Of a stretch of 64,000 nt of DNA, positions 1-13,372 are shown in pieces (positions within the stretch are counted from its first letter, which is position 1; each line of letters opens with the position of its first letter). The notes beneath the pieces are model-generated. The model ran no database searches, had not been told where the DNA came from, and worked only from the letters and a program-made list of their open reading frames with translations. The stretch is from an uncultured Chlamydiae bacterium (GTDB lineage Bacteria; Chlamydiota; Chlamydiia; Chlamydiales; Rhabdochlamydiaceae), in contig OY970369.1 in NCBI GenBank assembly GCA_963718715.1, positions 166,302 through 230,301 of the forward strand, in the 5' to 3' direction. The position numbers and the translations under genes are program-made.

Positions 1-21
1 CTCCCAAAAGCGACGAAAACC

Positions 22-44
22 AAACTTCGTAGACAGTCTCTAAG
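22..44. repeat. Degenerate solo copy of the GTTTGTGGACAGTCTCTAAG box
   Basis: The + strand reads AAACTTCGTAGACAGTCTCTAAG. The core GACAGTCTCT(A/T)AG is shared with the box at 26060-26078 and with both ends of the 42091-42267 palindrome. It lies at the window edge, so any partner arm cannot be seen. Confidence 0.3.
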
Positions 45-46
45 TA

Positions 47-1492
47 CTAGCCTTGGGCGGATGAGTAGCCGGGGGCGCCGTCGAAGGTGTAGAGATTTTC
101 CGTTTTGATCAGGTCGTGCCCTGTTTCCGCAAGTTGATTGAGCAGCCGGATGATCGTTTGCTGTTCGATGGGATGATCCTTCTGCTGATGCAGGAATCGG
201 CAGCGCCATTGGTCGATGCAGAAGGTCTCGGGAATCCCGTGCGGCCAGATCCGCGTGCCCCTGTTGCTGATCATCGTCAGGTGGAGGGGGGAATGATTTC
301 CCGCTGTCATTTTTTTGATGAAGTTTTCTGCGGAATGGTTGGAGTAGATGAACACATCGACGCCTACCAGCTGCCGTTTGACGGAGATCTCCCGTTCTGT
401 CACAAGGGCGGTGAGTTTAGAGCTTTCTTGATAGGCTGCGGGGTTGAGATGCTGGGGTTTTTCTCCTAAAAATTTCACTACGGCTTGGGCGAATTCTTGG
501 GTGCCGACTTTTTGTTTGCTCGTCTTATCCTTAAAGATGTCGTAGGTATGAATGCCTGCCTCTAGAGTGCGCAGCCAGGCGTTGTGGATCCGCGCGGCTA
601 CTTCTGTTTCTCCAAGATAGACGAGCATGAGGACGGAGGCGAGTAAAAGACCCGATGGGTTGGCGATATTTTGGCCCGCGCGTCTGGGCGCTGAGCCGTG
701 GATCGCTTCGAACATGGCGCCTTTATTGCCGATATTGGCCGATCCCGCGAGCCCGACCGATCCTGAGATCTGCGCGGCGACGTCGGAGAGGATATCCCCG
801 TATAGATTGGGCATGACGATCACGTCGAAGATTTCCGGGGTGTCTGCGAGTTTCGCAGCGCCGATATCGACGATCCAGTGCTCCTGCTCGATCTCGGGGT
901 ACTCCTTGCCGATCTCTTCAAACACCTGATGAAACAGCCCATCGGAGAATTTCATGATGTTGTCTTTAGTGAAACAGGTCACCTTTTTGCGGCCGTGATG
1001 GCGCGCATAGTCAAACGCGTAGCGCACGATTTTTTCCGAGCCCGGCCTCGAGATCAGCTTGAGCGATTGGCATACCCCCGGCGTCTGCCGGTATTCGATG
1101 CCCGCATAGAGATCCTCTTCATTTTCGCGAACGATGACCAGATCCATGCGGGGGTGTTTGGTCTCGACAAAGGGCGCATAGGAAACGCAAGGGCGCACGT
1201 TGGCATAGAGGCCCAGGCTCGTCCGGATGGTGACGTTCAAGCTTTTGAAGCCGCCCCCTTGGGGCGTGGTGATGGGCGCTTTAAGAAAAGCTTTGGTATG
1301 GCGGATGGTTTCCCAGGTGGAGGCTTCGATGCCCGTCGGGTGCCCCTTTAAATAAACCTTTTCCCCCACCTCGACCGGGTGGATCTCAAGGGGAGCTCCC
1401 GCCTCCTTTAAGACGTGCAGCGCCGCTTCCATGATTTCCGGGCCGATCCCGTCTCCGTAGGCGACTGCGATAGGAATTTGCGAATGAGTCAT
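47..1492 (-). CDS. icd: Isocitrate dehydrogenase, long (~480 aa) form with a C-terminal extension
   Basis: The N-terminus (IPIAVAYGDGIGPEIM) and the body match the isocitrate/isopropylmalate dehydrogenase family. The ~480-aa length matches the form I recall from Rickettsia and alphaproteobacteria. The ORF is full length. Confidence 0.9.
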   Translation of the reverse strand: MTHSQIPIAVAYGDGIGPEIMEAALHVLKEAGAPLEIHPVEVGEKVYLKGHPTGIEASTWETIRHTKAFLKAPITTPQGGGFKSLNVTIRTSLGLYANVRPCVSYAPFVETKHPRMDLVIVRENEEDLYAGIEYRQTPGVCQSLKLISRPGSEKIVRYAFDYARHHGRKKVTCFTKDNIMKFSDGLFHQVFEEIGKEYPEIEQEHWIVDIGAAKLADTPEIFDVIVMPNLYGDILSDVAAQISGSVGLAGSANIGNKGAMFEAIHGSAPRRAGQNIANPSGLLLASVLMLVYLGETEVAARIHNAWLRTLEAGIHTYDIFKDKTSKQKVGTQEFAQAVVKFLGEKPQHLNPAAYQESSKLTALVTEREISVKRQLVGVDVFIYSNHSAENFIKKMTAGNHSPLHLTMISNRGTRIWPHGIPETFCIDQWRCRFLHQQKDHPIEQQTIIRLLNQLAETGHDLIKTENLYTFDGAPGYSSAQG

Positions 1493-1559
1493 AACTATCC
1501 CTTTTATGCTTTTTTTTTCAAGACTTCAAGCAAAATTGAAGATCAGCTATCATCTGAAG

Positions 1560-2519
1560 ATGGTTATGTTAAAAAATATTTTCGAAGAGCAGCGTCTCTA
1601 TTTAAACCATTTTTTCGATGAGATGAACAGCGCACAGGCTCAGGCGTTTTTTGAGGCTTGCCTGCAGTGTTCGGGGCTCATCGTTTTCACCGGCGTCGGC
1701 AAAAGCGGACTCATTGCTGAAAAAATCGCCATGACCCTCATTTCGACGGGTACGAAAGCCCTCTATTTGCCGCCGACCAATTTTCTGCATGGGGATCTCG
1801 GCATTATCACCGATAAAGATTTGCTCGTTTTGATCAGCAAAAGCGGGGAGACGGAGGAGCTCTTAACGCTTCTTCCATTTGCCAGAAGGCGGCAGGTGCG
1901 CCTCCTCAGCATTGTCTCCAACCCGAACAGCCGCCTTGCCAGAGAGTGCGATGTGACCATCCATCTCCCTGTCAAAAAAGAGTTGTGCCCCTTCGATCTC
2001 GCGCCCACGACTTCAACCGCTGTCCAACTGCTGTTTGGCGATGCTCTTGCGGTGGCTCTCATGAAAGCGAAATCCTTTTCTTTGAACGAGTACGCTCTCA
2101 ACCATCCTTCCGGAACGATCGGCAAGAAAATCACCCTGACGGTGGGGGATTTGATGTTTAAGGGGGATCAGATCCCCTTTTGCCGCCCTGAGGACCGACT
2201 CATCGATACGCTCGTTGAACTTTCAAATAAAAAGTGCGGCTGTCTTGTGATCGCCGATCCGGAGCTAAGGCTTCTCGGCGTTTTTACCGATGGCGATTTG
2301 CGCAGAGCTTTGCAAAAACACGGTCCGCAAATTCTCGAAAGCCCGATGGATGCCCTCATGACCTGCACTCCGATCACGGTATCCAAGGATACCCTGGCTT
2401 GGGAAGCGAGAAAAATCATGCAAGGGGATCGCTGGGTCCTCGTCACTCCTGTTGTGGATGAGCAGAAAGTAGTGGGGATCATTCGGATGCACGATATCGT
2501 ACAAGCGGGACTATCTTAG
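1560..2519 (+). CDS. kdsD: Arabinose-5-phosphate isomerase (SIS domain plus tandem CBS), KdsD/GutQ family
   Basis: Contains the SIS motif VFTGVGKSGLIAEKIAMTL and a C-terminal CBS pair. The start was moved from the track's 1506 to the in-frame MVMLKNIF by N-terminal alignment with KdsD. The start is uncertain (1506, 1560 or 1566). Confidence 0.85.
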   Translation: MVMLKNIFEEQRLYLNHFFDEMNSAQAQAFFEACLQCSGLIVFTGVGKSGLIAEKIAMTLISTGTKALYLPPTNFLHGDLGIITDKDLLVLISKSGETEELLTLLPFARRRQVRLLSIVSNPNSRLARECDVTIHLPVKKELCPFDLAPTTSTAVQLLFGDALAVALMKAKSFSLNEYALNHPSGTIGKKITLTVGDLMFKGDQIPFCRPEDRLIDTLVELSNKKCGCLVIADPELRLLGVFTDGDLRRALQKHGPQILESPMDALMTCTPITVSKDTLAWEARKIMQGDRWVLVTPVVDEQKVVGIIRMHDIVQAGLS

Positions 2520-2522
2520 AGG

Positions 2523-3626
2523 ATGTTTAGTTGGCAGGAAGGGATTCTGCTTGTTCTGCTTTTGGGAGCGATCGTCGGATCGTTCTATCCTCGATTTTTG
2601 CCGCGGGATCTCTGTTATTTTATTGCCGCTGTACTGACGGCTGTTGCGGGCATCGTGCCCGCCAAAGTGTTGTTTTTTAGCATCGCGAATCCTGCTATTC
2701 TGACGGTCGTTGGATTGTGGGTCCTCGCAAAGGCCATGGAAAAAACGGGGCTGTTTTGCCATCCTTTCTTTAAAGGCTGCGGCGCTTTGTTCAATCTCTC
2801 CTGGCTCGCGAGGCACGCTCCGCGCAGGAGGCTCTTGCAGCTCGCCTGCCTGCTGCCTCTCGTCGGCACGTGCACCTTGATCGGTTCCGCTCTCAATTTA
2901 ACGATGAATGAACACCTGCGCGCGGGAGGATTCCCGCTTTCCTTTTTTGAGTTAGGGCAAATCGGGCTTCCTTGCTCCCTCTTGGCGTGGTTGTATTCCG
3001 CCCTTTTTGTCCCGCGCATCTCCAAATCGGTCCAAAACGGGGATTTAAAGAGAGAGGCCCGCTCGAAAAAAAAGGGGCTGGCGGGTGTTGTAGTCGTCTC
3101 GATGCTCCTAGCTTGCGCTGGGGGAGTGTCTGTGTACGCGGCTGTGGGGTGCGCCTGGCTGGCGCTTCTGCTGTTTCGCGTGCTATCCCTCGAAGAAGTT
3201 CTAGAGGCGGTTCCATGGGATCAGGTCCTTCTCATCGCAAGCGGGCTGATTTTTGCCGCCGCCCTGCAAGAAAGCGGCCTTGCAGCAAAGGCTGCTGCAT
3301 GGCTTGTTTCGATCCCCGTTCCCTATGCTTCCGCTGCGCTGTTCCTGCTCGCGTTTGCAGGATCGCATCTGATCCCCCCTGTTGTGGTCCTCTCTTTGCT
3401 TTTTCCCTGCGCCTTGGCATTTGCCCTTCCGATCAAGGTGATAGGCGTTTCCCTCATCATGGGGGCTTCCGTCGCTTGTCTGAACCCGTCGATTGAGGGA
3501 GCTGCGGCCGTTGCATATGGGTTGAGCGGCTACCCGCGCCGCGCCTTCTTCTATTATGGGCTTCTGCTTGCGCTAATTCTGTTTGTTTTTTGCAGTTGGC
3601 TGATTCCTCGGTTGTGGAAAATCTGA
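2523..3626 (+). CDS. Multi-pass membrane permease, CitMHS/SLC13-like ion-transporter superfamily
   Basis: The 367-aa protein is highly hydrophobic, with two transporter-like halves separated by a charged loop (KREARSKKKG). An AGAGG Shine-Dalgarno precedes the ATG, 3 nt after the kdsD stop. The family assignment is tentative. Confidence 0.55.
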   Translation: MFSWQEGILLVLLLGAIVGSFYPRFLPRDLCYFIAAVLTAVAGIVPAKVLFFSIANPAILTVVGLWVLAKAMEKTGLFCHPFFKGCGALFNLSWLARHAPRRRLLQLACLLPLVGTCTLIGSALNLTMNEHLRAGGFPLSFFELGQIGLPCSLLAWLYSALFVPRISKSVQNGDLKREARSKKKGLAGVVVVSMLLACAGGVSVYAAVGCAWLALLLFRVLSLEEVLEAVPWDQVLLIASGLIFAAALQESGLAAKAAAWLVSIPVPYASAALFLLAFAGSHLIPPVVVLSLLFPCALAFALPIKVIGVSLIMGASVACLNPSIEGAAAVAYGLSGYPRRAFFYYGLLLALILFVFCSWLIPRLWKI

Positions 3627-3673
3627 ACGTTTCATTTAATTAAAGGATCACATCAATTGGAGTTAAGCGGAAT

Positions 3674-4942
3674 ATGGGTACCATCTTTCTTGCCTCTTGG
3701 CTAATCATCGCCATTTTTGCCTTAGGATATCTGGCGATCATTTTAGAACACTATATTAAAGTGAATAAAACCTCTGTGGCTTTGCTCTCAGCGGGTCTTT
3801 GCTGGACGGTATACGTTCTTTTCAGCCCAAAGCCGATCCATGAGGATCTCGAAGCGCTCAACCACCACCTTTCCAACATCGCCCAGATCATTTTTTTTCT
3901 GATGGGAGCCATGGCTCTCGTCGAACTCATCGACTCCCATCGGGGATTTAAACTCATCACAGACTTCATTGCGACCACCTCCAGGCGCAAAATGCTCTGG
4001 ATCATCGCCTTCGTCAGCTTTTTTCTCTCCTCTGTTTTGGATAACCTCACGACGACCATTTTGATGGTCTCTCTCCTGCGCAAGCTCGTCCCTGCCCGAA
4101 ATGAGCGGTTTTTACTCAATTGCGTCGTCGTCGTCGCCGCAAATGCGGGCGGGGCGTGGACCCCCATCGGAGATGTCACCACAACCATGCTTTGGATTGG
4201 CGGACAGCTATCCACCGCCGCTGTGATGAAAGCCCTCTTCATTCCCAGTATGGTCGCTCTCCTCGTCCCATTGATTTATTACACCTTTAAATTAAAAGGG
4301 AAATACCCCTCTTTCCAAAAAGAAGCGCAAGAGGCAGAGCCGGGGGCCCGCCTGGTCTTTTATGTGGGCATTGCCGCCCTGATTTCTGTGCCCATTTTAA
4401 AGTCGTGGATCGGAGTACCCCCTTTTCTAGGCGTCATGATCGGCCTCTCCCTTTTATGGCTGATGACCGATTTGATGCATTACCCCTTCGAAAAACGCCA
4501 CCACCTCCGCCTTCCGCACGTCCTCTCGCGCATCGATACTCCAGGGGTTTTGTTTTTCTTAGGTATCCTGCTCACTGTCAGCGCGTTAGAAACAGCCGGC
4601 CTCTTGCGGCAATTGGCCGTTTGGCTCAATACAACCATCGATAGCCAGCCCCTGTTGGCGACGCTCATCGGGCTCTTTTCCGCCGTGATAGACAATGTCC
4701 CGCTCGTGGCGGCGACGATGGGGATGTATTCCCTTTCAGATTACGCAATGGACAGCTCTCTATGGCATATGATCGCCTATGCTGCCGGTACGGGAGGGAG
4801 CATCTTGATCATCGGCTCTGCTGCGGGAGTGGCCTTGATGGGGATGGAAAAGGTCGACTTCGTCGCTTATTTCAAAAAAGCCGCCTTCCCCACCCTTCTC
4901 GGTTTTTTGGCCGGAATGGGCGTCTACTTGTGGTTAAATTAA
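3674..4942 (+). CDS. nhaD: NhaD/ArsB-superfamily Na+/H+ antiporter
   Basis: 422-aa polytopic protein. NhaD-like segments include DNLTTTILMVSL, AANAGGAWTPIGDVTTTMLW and VIDNVPLVAA. Confidence 0.75.
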   Translation: MGTIFLASWLIIAIFALGYLAIILEHYIKVNKTSVALLSAGLCWTVYVLFSPKPIHEDLEALNHHLSNIAQIIFFLMGAMALVELIDSHRGFKLITDFIATTSRRKMLWIIAFVSFFLSSVLDNLTTTILMVSLLRKLVPARNERFLLNCVVVVAANAGGAWTPIGDVTTTMLWIGGQLSTAAVMKALFIPSMVALLVPLIYYTFKLKGKYPSFQKEAQEAEPGARLVFYVGIAALISVPILKSWIGVPPFLGVMIGLSLLWLMTDLMHYPFEKRHHLRLPHVLSRIDTPGVLFFLGILLTVSALETAGLLRQLAVWLNTTIDSQPLLATLIGLFSAVIDNVPLVAATMGMYSLSDYAMDSSLWHMIAYAAGTGGSILIIGSAAGVALMGMEKVDFVAYFKKAAFPTLLGFLAGMGVYLWLN

Positions 4943-4955
4943 TTTTTTACACGCC

Positions 4956-4987
4956 CCCTCTCAGAATAGCTCTAGAGAGGGATTTTG
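4956..4987 (+). terminator. Possible intrinsic terminator after nhaD
   Basis: CCCTCTC-N12-GAGAGGG hairpin followed by ATTTTG. The T-tract is weak. Confidence 0.3.
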
Positions 4988-5006
4988 CAGATTCTCTTAA
5001 AAACAT

Positions 5007-5036
5007 TTGCATGAAAAGAGAGAATTTTTGTATGGT
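5007..5036 (+). promoter_or_regulatory. Candidate rRNA operon promoter (TTGCAT-N18-TATGGT)
   Basis: This is the only sigma70-like hexamer pair seen upstream of the 16S leader, about 180 nt before mature 16S. Pattern match only. Confidence 0.25.
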
Positions 5037-5103
5037 GTTGCATTCCTTAAGGCGAAAAGGCCGAAAGAGGAAAAGCCGAGCAGTAAGCTGGGCAAGTGCT
5101 GTT

Positions 5104-5148
5104 TTGACAGTAGAGATGAAGTGATGAACGAACAAAAGTAAAGCTTGT
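5104..5148 (+). other. 5' half of the pre-16S processing stem
   Basis: The leader CTGTTTTGACAGTAGAGATGAAGTGATGAACGAACAAAAGTAAAGCTTG is largely complementary to spacer 6808-6856. A 13-bp GAAA-capped hairpin follows at 5149-5178. Confidence 0.7.
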
Positions 5149-5213
5149 GCGGGCGGGATATGAAAATATCCCGTCCGCCTGTTAATAAATTCAATCAGAT
5201 TGTCAAGGAATTA

Positions 5214-6768
<1,555 letters not shown>

Positions 6769-6807
6769 TAAGGACAAAGAGGGCAGCCTAGAGCTGCCTC
6801 TTATGGT

Positions 6808-6856
6808 TGAGCAAGCTTTGCTTCTTGTTTTGTTTCATCACTTCTTCTCTGCTGTT
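6808..6856 (+). other. 3' half of the pre-16S processing stem (in the 16S-23S spacer)
   Basis: The reverse complement (…ACAGCAGAGAAGAAGTGATGAAACAAAACAAGAAGCAAAGCTTG) matches leader 5104-5148. No tRNA is recognisable anywhere in spacer 6769-7061. Confidence 0.7.
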
Positions 6857-7061
6857 AAGGCAGTATTGTTATCTTGAAAGTTGTTGTGAGAAGTCAAAAA
6901 TACAAGCGCAATTAAAGAGAAATTAATGGTAACGAACCGGAAGGTTCGTACGTAGATTTCACTGATATAAAGCAGCGTTTGAGAAGAAAATACTTCATAA
7001 AGAGAATTAGGTGAAAGTGATGGCGTAGTTTAAAGCAGCTTTAAAAGACAGAACGTTATGT

Positions 7062-10007
<2,946 letters not shown>

Positions 10008-10178
10008 TTTTTTTTCTTTTCGTCATCGGCGCGGTTCCAGGAAATGGGATCGGGTCCATGATGATGAAAGGTTGTAAAAAAGACGCCAGAGCTTCACCTT
10101 TGAAAAAAGTGGAGTGTAAAGCTTTTCAAGCGCTGTTTTATATTCGTGAAAGTATAGAGATGATCACAACAACAAGCT

Positions 10179-10294
10179 TTCTTGGTGACGATAGAGAAGG
10201 GGGAATACCTGATCCCATCCCGAACTCAGAAGTCAAGCCCTTCCTCGCCGATGGTACTGTACACAAGAGTATGGAAGAGTAGGTTGTCGCCAAA
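10179..10294 (+). rRNA. rrf: 5S ribosomal RNA
   Basis: CTTGGTGACGATAGAG…CCCATCCCGAACTCAGAAGTCAAGC…GAGTAGGTTGTCGCCAA. The terminal helix pairs TTGGTGAC with GTCGCCAA. Confidence 0.9.
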
Positions 10295-10304
10295 TTTTTA
10301 TCAG

Positions 10305-10342
10305 CGCCCTAACCGCCGCAAGGCCGTTAGGGCTTTTTTATT
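10305..10342 (+). terminator. Intrinsic terminator of the rRNA operon
   Basis: GCCCTAACCGCC-GCAA-GGCCGTTAGGGC hairpin followed by TTTTTTATTT. Confidence 0.7.
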
Positions 10343-10343
10343 T

Positions 10344-10635
10344 CTTCCTTTGCGTCTTAAGCGGCTTGGCGCCTTCGCGTTGCTCTACAGATTGCAGAAT
10401 AAGTCATAGATATCCAGATTGTGCTGCTCAAAGCAATCAACATGATAAACAGGATAAGCATGATACACATGATGGAAAAAGAAGGGGGGGAGAAGCGGCA
10501 CGCCGCTTCTGTTTCCATTTTTTTATCATGCACATCATGCTTATCCTACCTATCATGTTCCGTGCTCTATGCAATAAACTTGAAACAGATGAAGAGCAAC
10601 GCAAAGGCGCCAAGCCGCTGAGACGCAAAGAGAAG
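10344..10635. repeat. Nested palindromic (MITE-like) element, copy 1
   Basis: Outer inverted arms are 10344-10385 and 10594-10635. Inner arms AACATGATAAACAGGATAAGCATGAT / ATCATGCTTATCCTACCTATCATGTT flank an asymmetric core with a central GAAGCGGCACGCCGCTTC hairpin. A second copy lies at 39067-39490. Confidence 0.85.
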
Positions 10636-10646
10636 ATTAGTCCATT

Positions 10647-11135
10647 TTAAGGATTCTTGCTCTTTTTTGCATGGTTTTGTAGCCATTCTTGCTCGGCCTT
10701 CCACTCTTTTTGTGCTTCAAAAATCTCTATTTCTTCTTTTACTAATGATTCTATTTTATTTTTTGTAAGAATAAGACTTTCTGAACTAGATGAAAAATAA
10801 TTTAAAATAAAATCTTCGCTGGGGGTAATATCGAGTTCTAATAATCTTTCTAAATCAGACGACAGTGTTTTAATTGCCTGTTTTTGCAGGGATTTAACAT
10901 GGTTTTGTAAGTCTTTTTGGATGATTTCTTTTACTTCCCCTGCAAAGAAAAAGCCAAAAAAGCTATTGCCCCATTTAGCTGTTTTAAAGATCTCTTGGGC
11001 AGCCTCTTCTAGCTTTTTAGGCGAATCTGTAAGATTGGAAAGATGTCTGCGCCCCATGGTCTGCTGTTTGGTATAGGCCTTTATATCCTGGCTGAACTCA
11101 TGACCGTAAAAAAATGTAATAATTGCTTTAATCAT
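10647..11135 (-). CDS. Hypothetical protein (orphan, AT-rich gene)
   Basis: 162-aa ORF with an AGGAG 7 nt before the ATG. I recognise no motif. It is visibly more AT-rich than neighbouring genes and is flanked by repeat elements. Confidence 0.55.
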   Translation of the reverse strand: MIKAIITFFYGHEFSQDIKAYTKQQTMGRRHLSNLTDSPKKLEEAAQEIFKTAKWGNSFFGFFFAGEVKEIIQKDLQNHVKSLQKQAIKTLSSDLERLLELDITPSEDFILNYFSSSSESLILTKNKIESLVKEEIEIFEAQKEWKAEQEWLQNHAKKSKNP

Positions 11136-11230
11136 AGTGTCTCCTGCTTATACTATTAATTTTACTATATAATTATTAATTTTTTATTAATTTGTAATAA
11201 TTATTTTAATTAAGGGATTAAGAATTTAAA

Positions 11231-11270
11231 CCACAGAGGGCACAGAGATCACAGAGGAAGAAAAAATCAA
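11231..11270. repeat. CAGAG-rich dispersed repeat unit
   Basis: CCACAGAGGGCACAGAGATCACAGAGGAAGAAAAAATCAATAA. The same xCAGAG-xCAGAG-xCAGAGGA…GAAAAAAT pattern occurs at 28196-28250 and 42391-42424. Confidence 0.5.
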
Positions 11271-11293
11271 TAAACAGGTCGAAGGGAAAGAAA

Positions 11294-11320
11294 AAGCCGT
11301 TAAGGTTTCCTTAACGGCTT
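11294..11320 (-). terminator. Intrinsic terminator downstream of the RRM protein gene
   Basis: AAGCCGTTAAGG-TTT-CCTTAACGGCTT hairpin. On the minus strand it is followed by TTTTTCTTTCCC. Confidence 0.55.
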
Positions 11321-11445
11321 GAGATTAAACCACTTAAAACGAATAGCTGGGGATAAAGAGCATCACAAGATGCCGGTATCTAAAGCCTTTAATTTTCTTT
11401 TGAGGGAAGATTTAGAATTAAGTGGATTCACACGCAAACGAAGGG

Positions 11446-11805
11446 TTAGTTGTGATCTCTGCGTGGACGGCGTTGACGATTGCTATCATCGCCCCAACGA
11501 TCCCCACCACCACCACCGCCGCCGCCGAATGAGCGCTCGCGTTTCTGCTCTGGACGAGCATCATTGACGATGAGGGTTCTGCCGCCGATTTGCTTTCCAT
11601 TGATGCCATCGATTGCTTTTTTAGCATCTTCGCCATTAGCCATCTCGACAAATCCAAAGCCTTTAGACTGGCCTGTGAATTTATCTGTGATGATGCGCAC
11701 GGACTCGATAGCGCCATAAGATGAGAAAAGCTCACGCAATTCATCTTCTGTGATGCTATAAGGTAAGCTGCCGACGTACAGTTTTTTGTTCATGGTTTGG
11801 GTCAT
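11446..11805 (-). CDS. RRM-type RNA-binding protein with a Gly/Arg-rich tail
   Basis: RNP2 is LYVGSL and RNP1 is KGFGFVEM. The tail is SFGGGGGGGGDRWGDD. The start was set at MTQTMNKK (AGGAG 10 nt upstream) rather than the track's 11886. Confidence 0.9.
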   Translation of the reverse strand: MTQTMNKKLYVGSLPYSITEDELRELFSSYGAIESVRIITDKFTGQSKGFGFVEMANGEDAKKAIDGINGKQIGGRTLIVNDARPEQKRERSFGGGGGGGGDRWGDDSNRQRRPRRDHN

Positions 11806-12060
11806 ATAAAAGATTCTCCTTAAATGTGAAAAAATAGGTTGACTCGGGCTTTTTCCCATCGGCGGAACAAAAACTGGACACGACACGCTGGATGCAAAGA
11901 CTCGGGATCAACAATCAGAAAGAATTGTATCACAATTAACTTTTGATTGTCTATCGATTAATAAAATCGATATCCGAAAAGGAACAAAAAATAGCCTGAA
12001 GAGCTATCTCCGGCAAGGGGTTATCTATGCGGAACAGCTTGATGTTAAGCGGGTTAATTC

Positions 12061-12921
12061 TCAGAAATGCCTGACGGTTTTTAACGCGGGCCAGGTCTTG
12101 GATTGCGTGTAGTCTGCAAAGAGCTGCATCAATTTCCGCGTCTGCGGGCCGACCTCTCCTTTCCCAATGCGCACGTCATCGATTTGCACGACGGGCATGA
12201 TCTCTTTATTGCTGGAGCTGACAAAGGCTTCATCGAGTTGAGAGATTTCCTCATAGGGGATCGCCCGCAATTCGATCGGGAAGTGGGGTTGAGCTAGCCT
12301 AAGGACCACCTCCCGTGTGATGCCCAAGACGATCTCTTCCGAATCGCACGTGATCAGGGTGTTTTTTTTGAAGGCGAAGAAGTTGCTCGTCGTTGCCTCC
12401 AGGATCTCCCGCTGCGCGTTAAGATAGAGCGCTTCCTGGGCATTTTTTTGCCGCCCGGCCTGGAGCGCTAAAATGGCGGGAATGTATTGCAGGGTTTTGC
12501 TGGAGGGGATGCAGCGCGCGAGGGAAGTGGTCGTTGCGGAGATCCCCTGGGTATGCCAAATCTCGGGAAACGGGGTAAAGGGGTAGACGAGGATCACCAA
12601 GCTGGACTTTCCCTGAGGGAGGAGTTGATCGGGGCTAATGCCGCCCGTGACGAGGATTTTGATGCTGCATTCCGGATAAGGAGCCTTTTTGACGAGATCG
12701 TGGACAATGTCGTGCATCTCCTGCAGGGAACAAGGGAGCTGCAGGCTGATTTGCCGCGCGGAATACTGGAGTCGTTCCAAGTGCTCCATTAGGTGGAAGG
12801 GGTGTTTTTGGTATGTGCGCAAATAATCGAAAACCCCGTATCCCCTGACTAAACCGAGGTCCAATACGGAGATTTTGGCCTCCTCTTCTGCGACATGCGC
12901 TCCATTAATGTAGTACAGCAT
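12061..12921 (-). CDS. Class IV (branched-chain / D-amino-acid) aminotransferase family protein
   Basis: The N-terminus (VLDLGLVRGYGVFDYLRTY…) and the fold-type IV pattern run throughout. The start was set at MLYYING (AAGGA Shine-Dalgarno). Substrate specificity was not resolved. Confidence 0.8.
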   Translation of the reverse strand: MLYYINGAHVAEEEAKISVLDLGLVRGYGVFDYLRTYQKHPFHLMEHLERLQYSARQISLQLPCSLQEMHDIVHDLVKKAPYPECSIKILVTGGISPDQLLPQGKSSLVILVYPFTPFPEIWHTQGISATTTSLARCIPSSKTLQYIPAILALQAGRQKNAQEALYLNAQREILEATTSNFFAFKKNTLITCDSEEIVLGITREVVLRLAQPHFPIELRAIPYEEISQLDEAFVSSSNKEIMPVVQIDDVRIGKGEVGPQTRKLMQLFADYTQSKTWPALKTVRHF

Positions 12922-13050
12922 ATATCCTTCAGTGTACACAGAAACCGGGTGATTTGTACATAGTCAAATTGAAAAAAAGGTTGCACAATATATGCAAAGC
13001 GCATTATGGACATGGGTATTGTTTAATTTTTAACCATTGGGAGAGACAAT

Positions 13051-13338
13051 ATGGCTTTGAAGGAAACAGTCAACAAATTGAAAATGCAACTCGGCGAAAT
13101 CTGCAGAGATCTTGAAAAAGCGGCAAGCGGCAATAAAGCAGCCTCTCAAAGAGTGCGCACCACATCGATCAAATTTGAAAAAACAGCTAAACTCTACCGC
13201 AAAGAATCTGTAGCTGCCGAGAAGAAAGGGGGCAAAGCGCCTAGCAAATCTAAAGCCAAATCGGGCGGCAAAAAAACTAAGACGATGGCGGGCGGCATGA
13301 GAAGAGCTACGGCTAAGCTTCCCTCAAGAAGAAGATAA
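13051..13338 (+). CDS. hctA: Chlamydial histone H1-like protein Hc1
   Basis: MALKETVNKL…GNKAASQRVRTTSIKFEKTAKLYRKES closely parallels the Chlamydia trachomatis Hc1 N-terminal domain. The tail is Lys/Arg-rich. Confidence 0.9.
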   Translation: MALKETVNKLKMQLGEICRDLEKAASGNKAASQRVRTTSIKFEKTAKLYRKESVAAEKKGGKAPSKSKAKSGGKKTKTMAGGMRRATAKLPSRRR

Positions 13339-13372
13339 GAAGAGAAGAAGGTAGTTTTCAAGAAGGAAGATA

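Noticed and set aside
6769-7061. tRNA-Ile / tRNA-Ala in the 16S-23S spacer, and tRNAs in other intergenic regions
   Set aside because: No cloverleaf-compatible sequence with a GTTC.A T-loop was found by eye in the spacer or in the larger intergenic gaps. tRNAscan was not run.
10366-10650. Short ORFs inside the palindromic elements (also 10421-10621, 10437-10628 and 39116-39376) with similar N-termini (MLLKA.NMI.RISM…)
   Set aside because: Their similarity follows from nucleotide-level repeat conservation. They are read on both strands of a hairpin, lack a Shine-Dalgarno and have low-complexity Cys/Ser/Leu content. They were treated as non-coding repeat sequence.
12990-13030. hctA promoter/operator (TTGCAC-N18-TATGGA with a TGCACAATATATGCA near-palindrome)
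   Set aside because: The hexamer match is weak and the palindrome imperfect. It cannot be supported without TSS data.
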